The translations under genes and the position numbers were made by a program. The notes beneath the pieces were generated by a model. The model was given only the letters and a program-made list of their open reading frames with translations. It was not told where the DNA came from and searched no databases. DNA of 64,000 bases from Verrucomicrobiales bacterium (GTDB lineage Bacteria > Verrucomicrobiota > Verrucomicrobiia > Limisphaerales > UBA1100): the NCBI GenBank assembly GCA_038139415.1, contig JAYOSV010000019.1:1467-65466 (forward strand), written 5' to 3'. Each line of letters begins with the position of its first letter. Position 1 is the first letter of the stretch. Below, piece by piece: positions 63,027-64,000 of this stretch.

Positions 63027-64000
63027 ATGCACAGTTATGTGTTCATCCTTGTACTTGCAGTACTAACAACAAGCACCTTCCAAGTTCAGGCTTGGGTGGA
63101 TGATGCAGCATTCAATGGGCCGCGACCTATAGAAGAACATCTAACTCTGAAAGATGGCTCTATGTATTTCGGAAAATTAACGGGTTTTGATCCGGTCCAA
63201 GGCATCTTTTGGAAGCACCCAAATATAGTTCCTGACCTGCGCGTTGACCAGAATCAGGTCAAATATATCCAACTCGGCAATCTCCCTGCCTCCAAAAAAA
63301 CGACTGAGAACAGTTGGCAAGTCACACTTGTAAATGGTGATGTACTCTCGGGAGATATAAAAAAAATTAGTGACGGCAAACTCAAACTCGACACGTGGTT
63401 CGGGGGTGAATTGCAACTGAAACAATCGTCCCTCAAGATGTTAGAGCCTAGGATCAAACCTGCTAAATATATTTTTCAAGGCCCCCAAGGCGTTCGGGAC
63501 TGGCAATTTTATGATCCCTCCATAAGTCAAACCGTCCATCCGCTTCCAGCCAATGCAACCGCCATTGAAATCGAGGAGAAAATAGATAAAATAAATCTCG
63601 GCGACGGAGCCTGGAAACTCACAAAAAAACAAACCTTCGAGACCACAACTGCCCACTCCCACATAGGAAGGTTTTTTGAGAAACTCCCGAACAGAATTTG
63701 TTATGATTTTGAAATCCAATGGGAGGGCAACCCGATTTTACAGGTAAATTTCCTGACCGATAAATTAAACCCTTTCAACCACTTTGGTAATGGTTACTCC
63801 TTGCGTTTCAAACCCGACACCGTCTCCCTTTACCGCCACATAAATGGAAACCGCGTTATCAGCACAGATCTTGTAGGCTCAGACGTTAGCATTAACCGCA
63901 ACACACTTGGCAATCGTGCCCGTTTATCGATCCGCGTGGACCGAGAAAAAAAATCCATCGCGCTTTTTATAAACGATAAATTCATCAAACACTGGGACGA
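63027..64000 (+). CDS. Secreted hypothetical protein, runs off the window edge
   Basis: Manual translation MHSYVFILVLAVLTTSTFQVQAW...LTLKDGSMYFGKL...VTLVNGDVLSGDI; absent from the ORF track, consistent with no stop before the window end. Confidence 0.7.
   Translation, partial: MHSYVFILVLAVLTTSTFQVQAWVDDAAFNGPRPIEEHLTLKDGSMYFGKLTGFDPVQGIFWKHPNIVPDLRVDQNQVKYIQLGNLPASKKTTENSWQVTLVNGDVLSGDIKKISDGKLKLDTWFGGELQLKQSSLKMLEPRIKPAKYIFQGPQGVRDWQFYDPSISQTVHPLPANATAIEIEEKIDKINLGDGAWKLTKKQTFETTTAHSHIGRFFEKLPNRICYDFEIQWEGNPILQVNFLTDKLNPFNHFGNGYSLRFKPDTVSLYRHINGNRVISTDLVGSDVSINRNTLGNRARLSIRVDREKKSIALFINDKFIKHWD

Overview
Bacterial chromosomal DNA, probably Verrucomicrobiota/PVC (inferred from DUF1501, PSD1-type cytochrome c, DUF1080, H-X9-DG pilin-like and FG-GAP/ASPIC-UnbV genes). 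Most of the window is housekeeping: cysI-H-D-N-C, ahpC, glpF-glpK, nadA, tRNA-Thr, waaA, a PilT-like ATPase, fabH-rpmF-yceD-coaD, a kinase-MurQ fusion, mnmE, moeA, metH, glmM-cdaA-folP and ltaE. The stand-out is a minus-strand cassette at about 24.0-29.75 kb between glpF and nadA. It starts with a stand-alone group-II-like reverse transcriptase (YADD). The last ~37 RT codons overlap a ~316-nt structured element closed by a 27-bp long-range stem whose four non-Watson-Crick pairs are all G-U on the RT-sense strand. Inside are small 5' stem-loops and two long hairpins with similar loops and palindromic arms, a retron-like layout but 3' of a non-retron RT. Three closely spaced genes follow, built from shuffled WYL-like, ribosomal L7/L12-CTD-like, Zn-ribbon, membrane and ankyrin modules. 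This is a candidate undescribed RT-ncRNA system. Secondary observations include REP-like palindromes translated into protein C-termini, a tRNA 3' fragment (possible att scar), a metH-linked pilin/transporter operon and a minimal CdaR-like peptide. All family calls are by-eye motif recognition; no searches were run.
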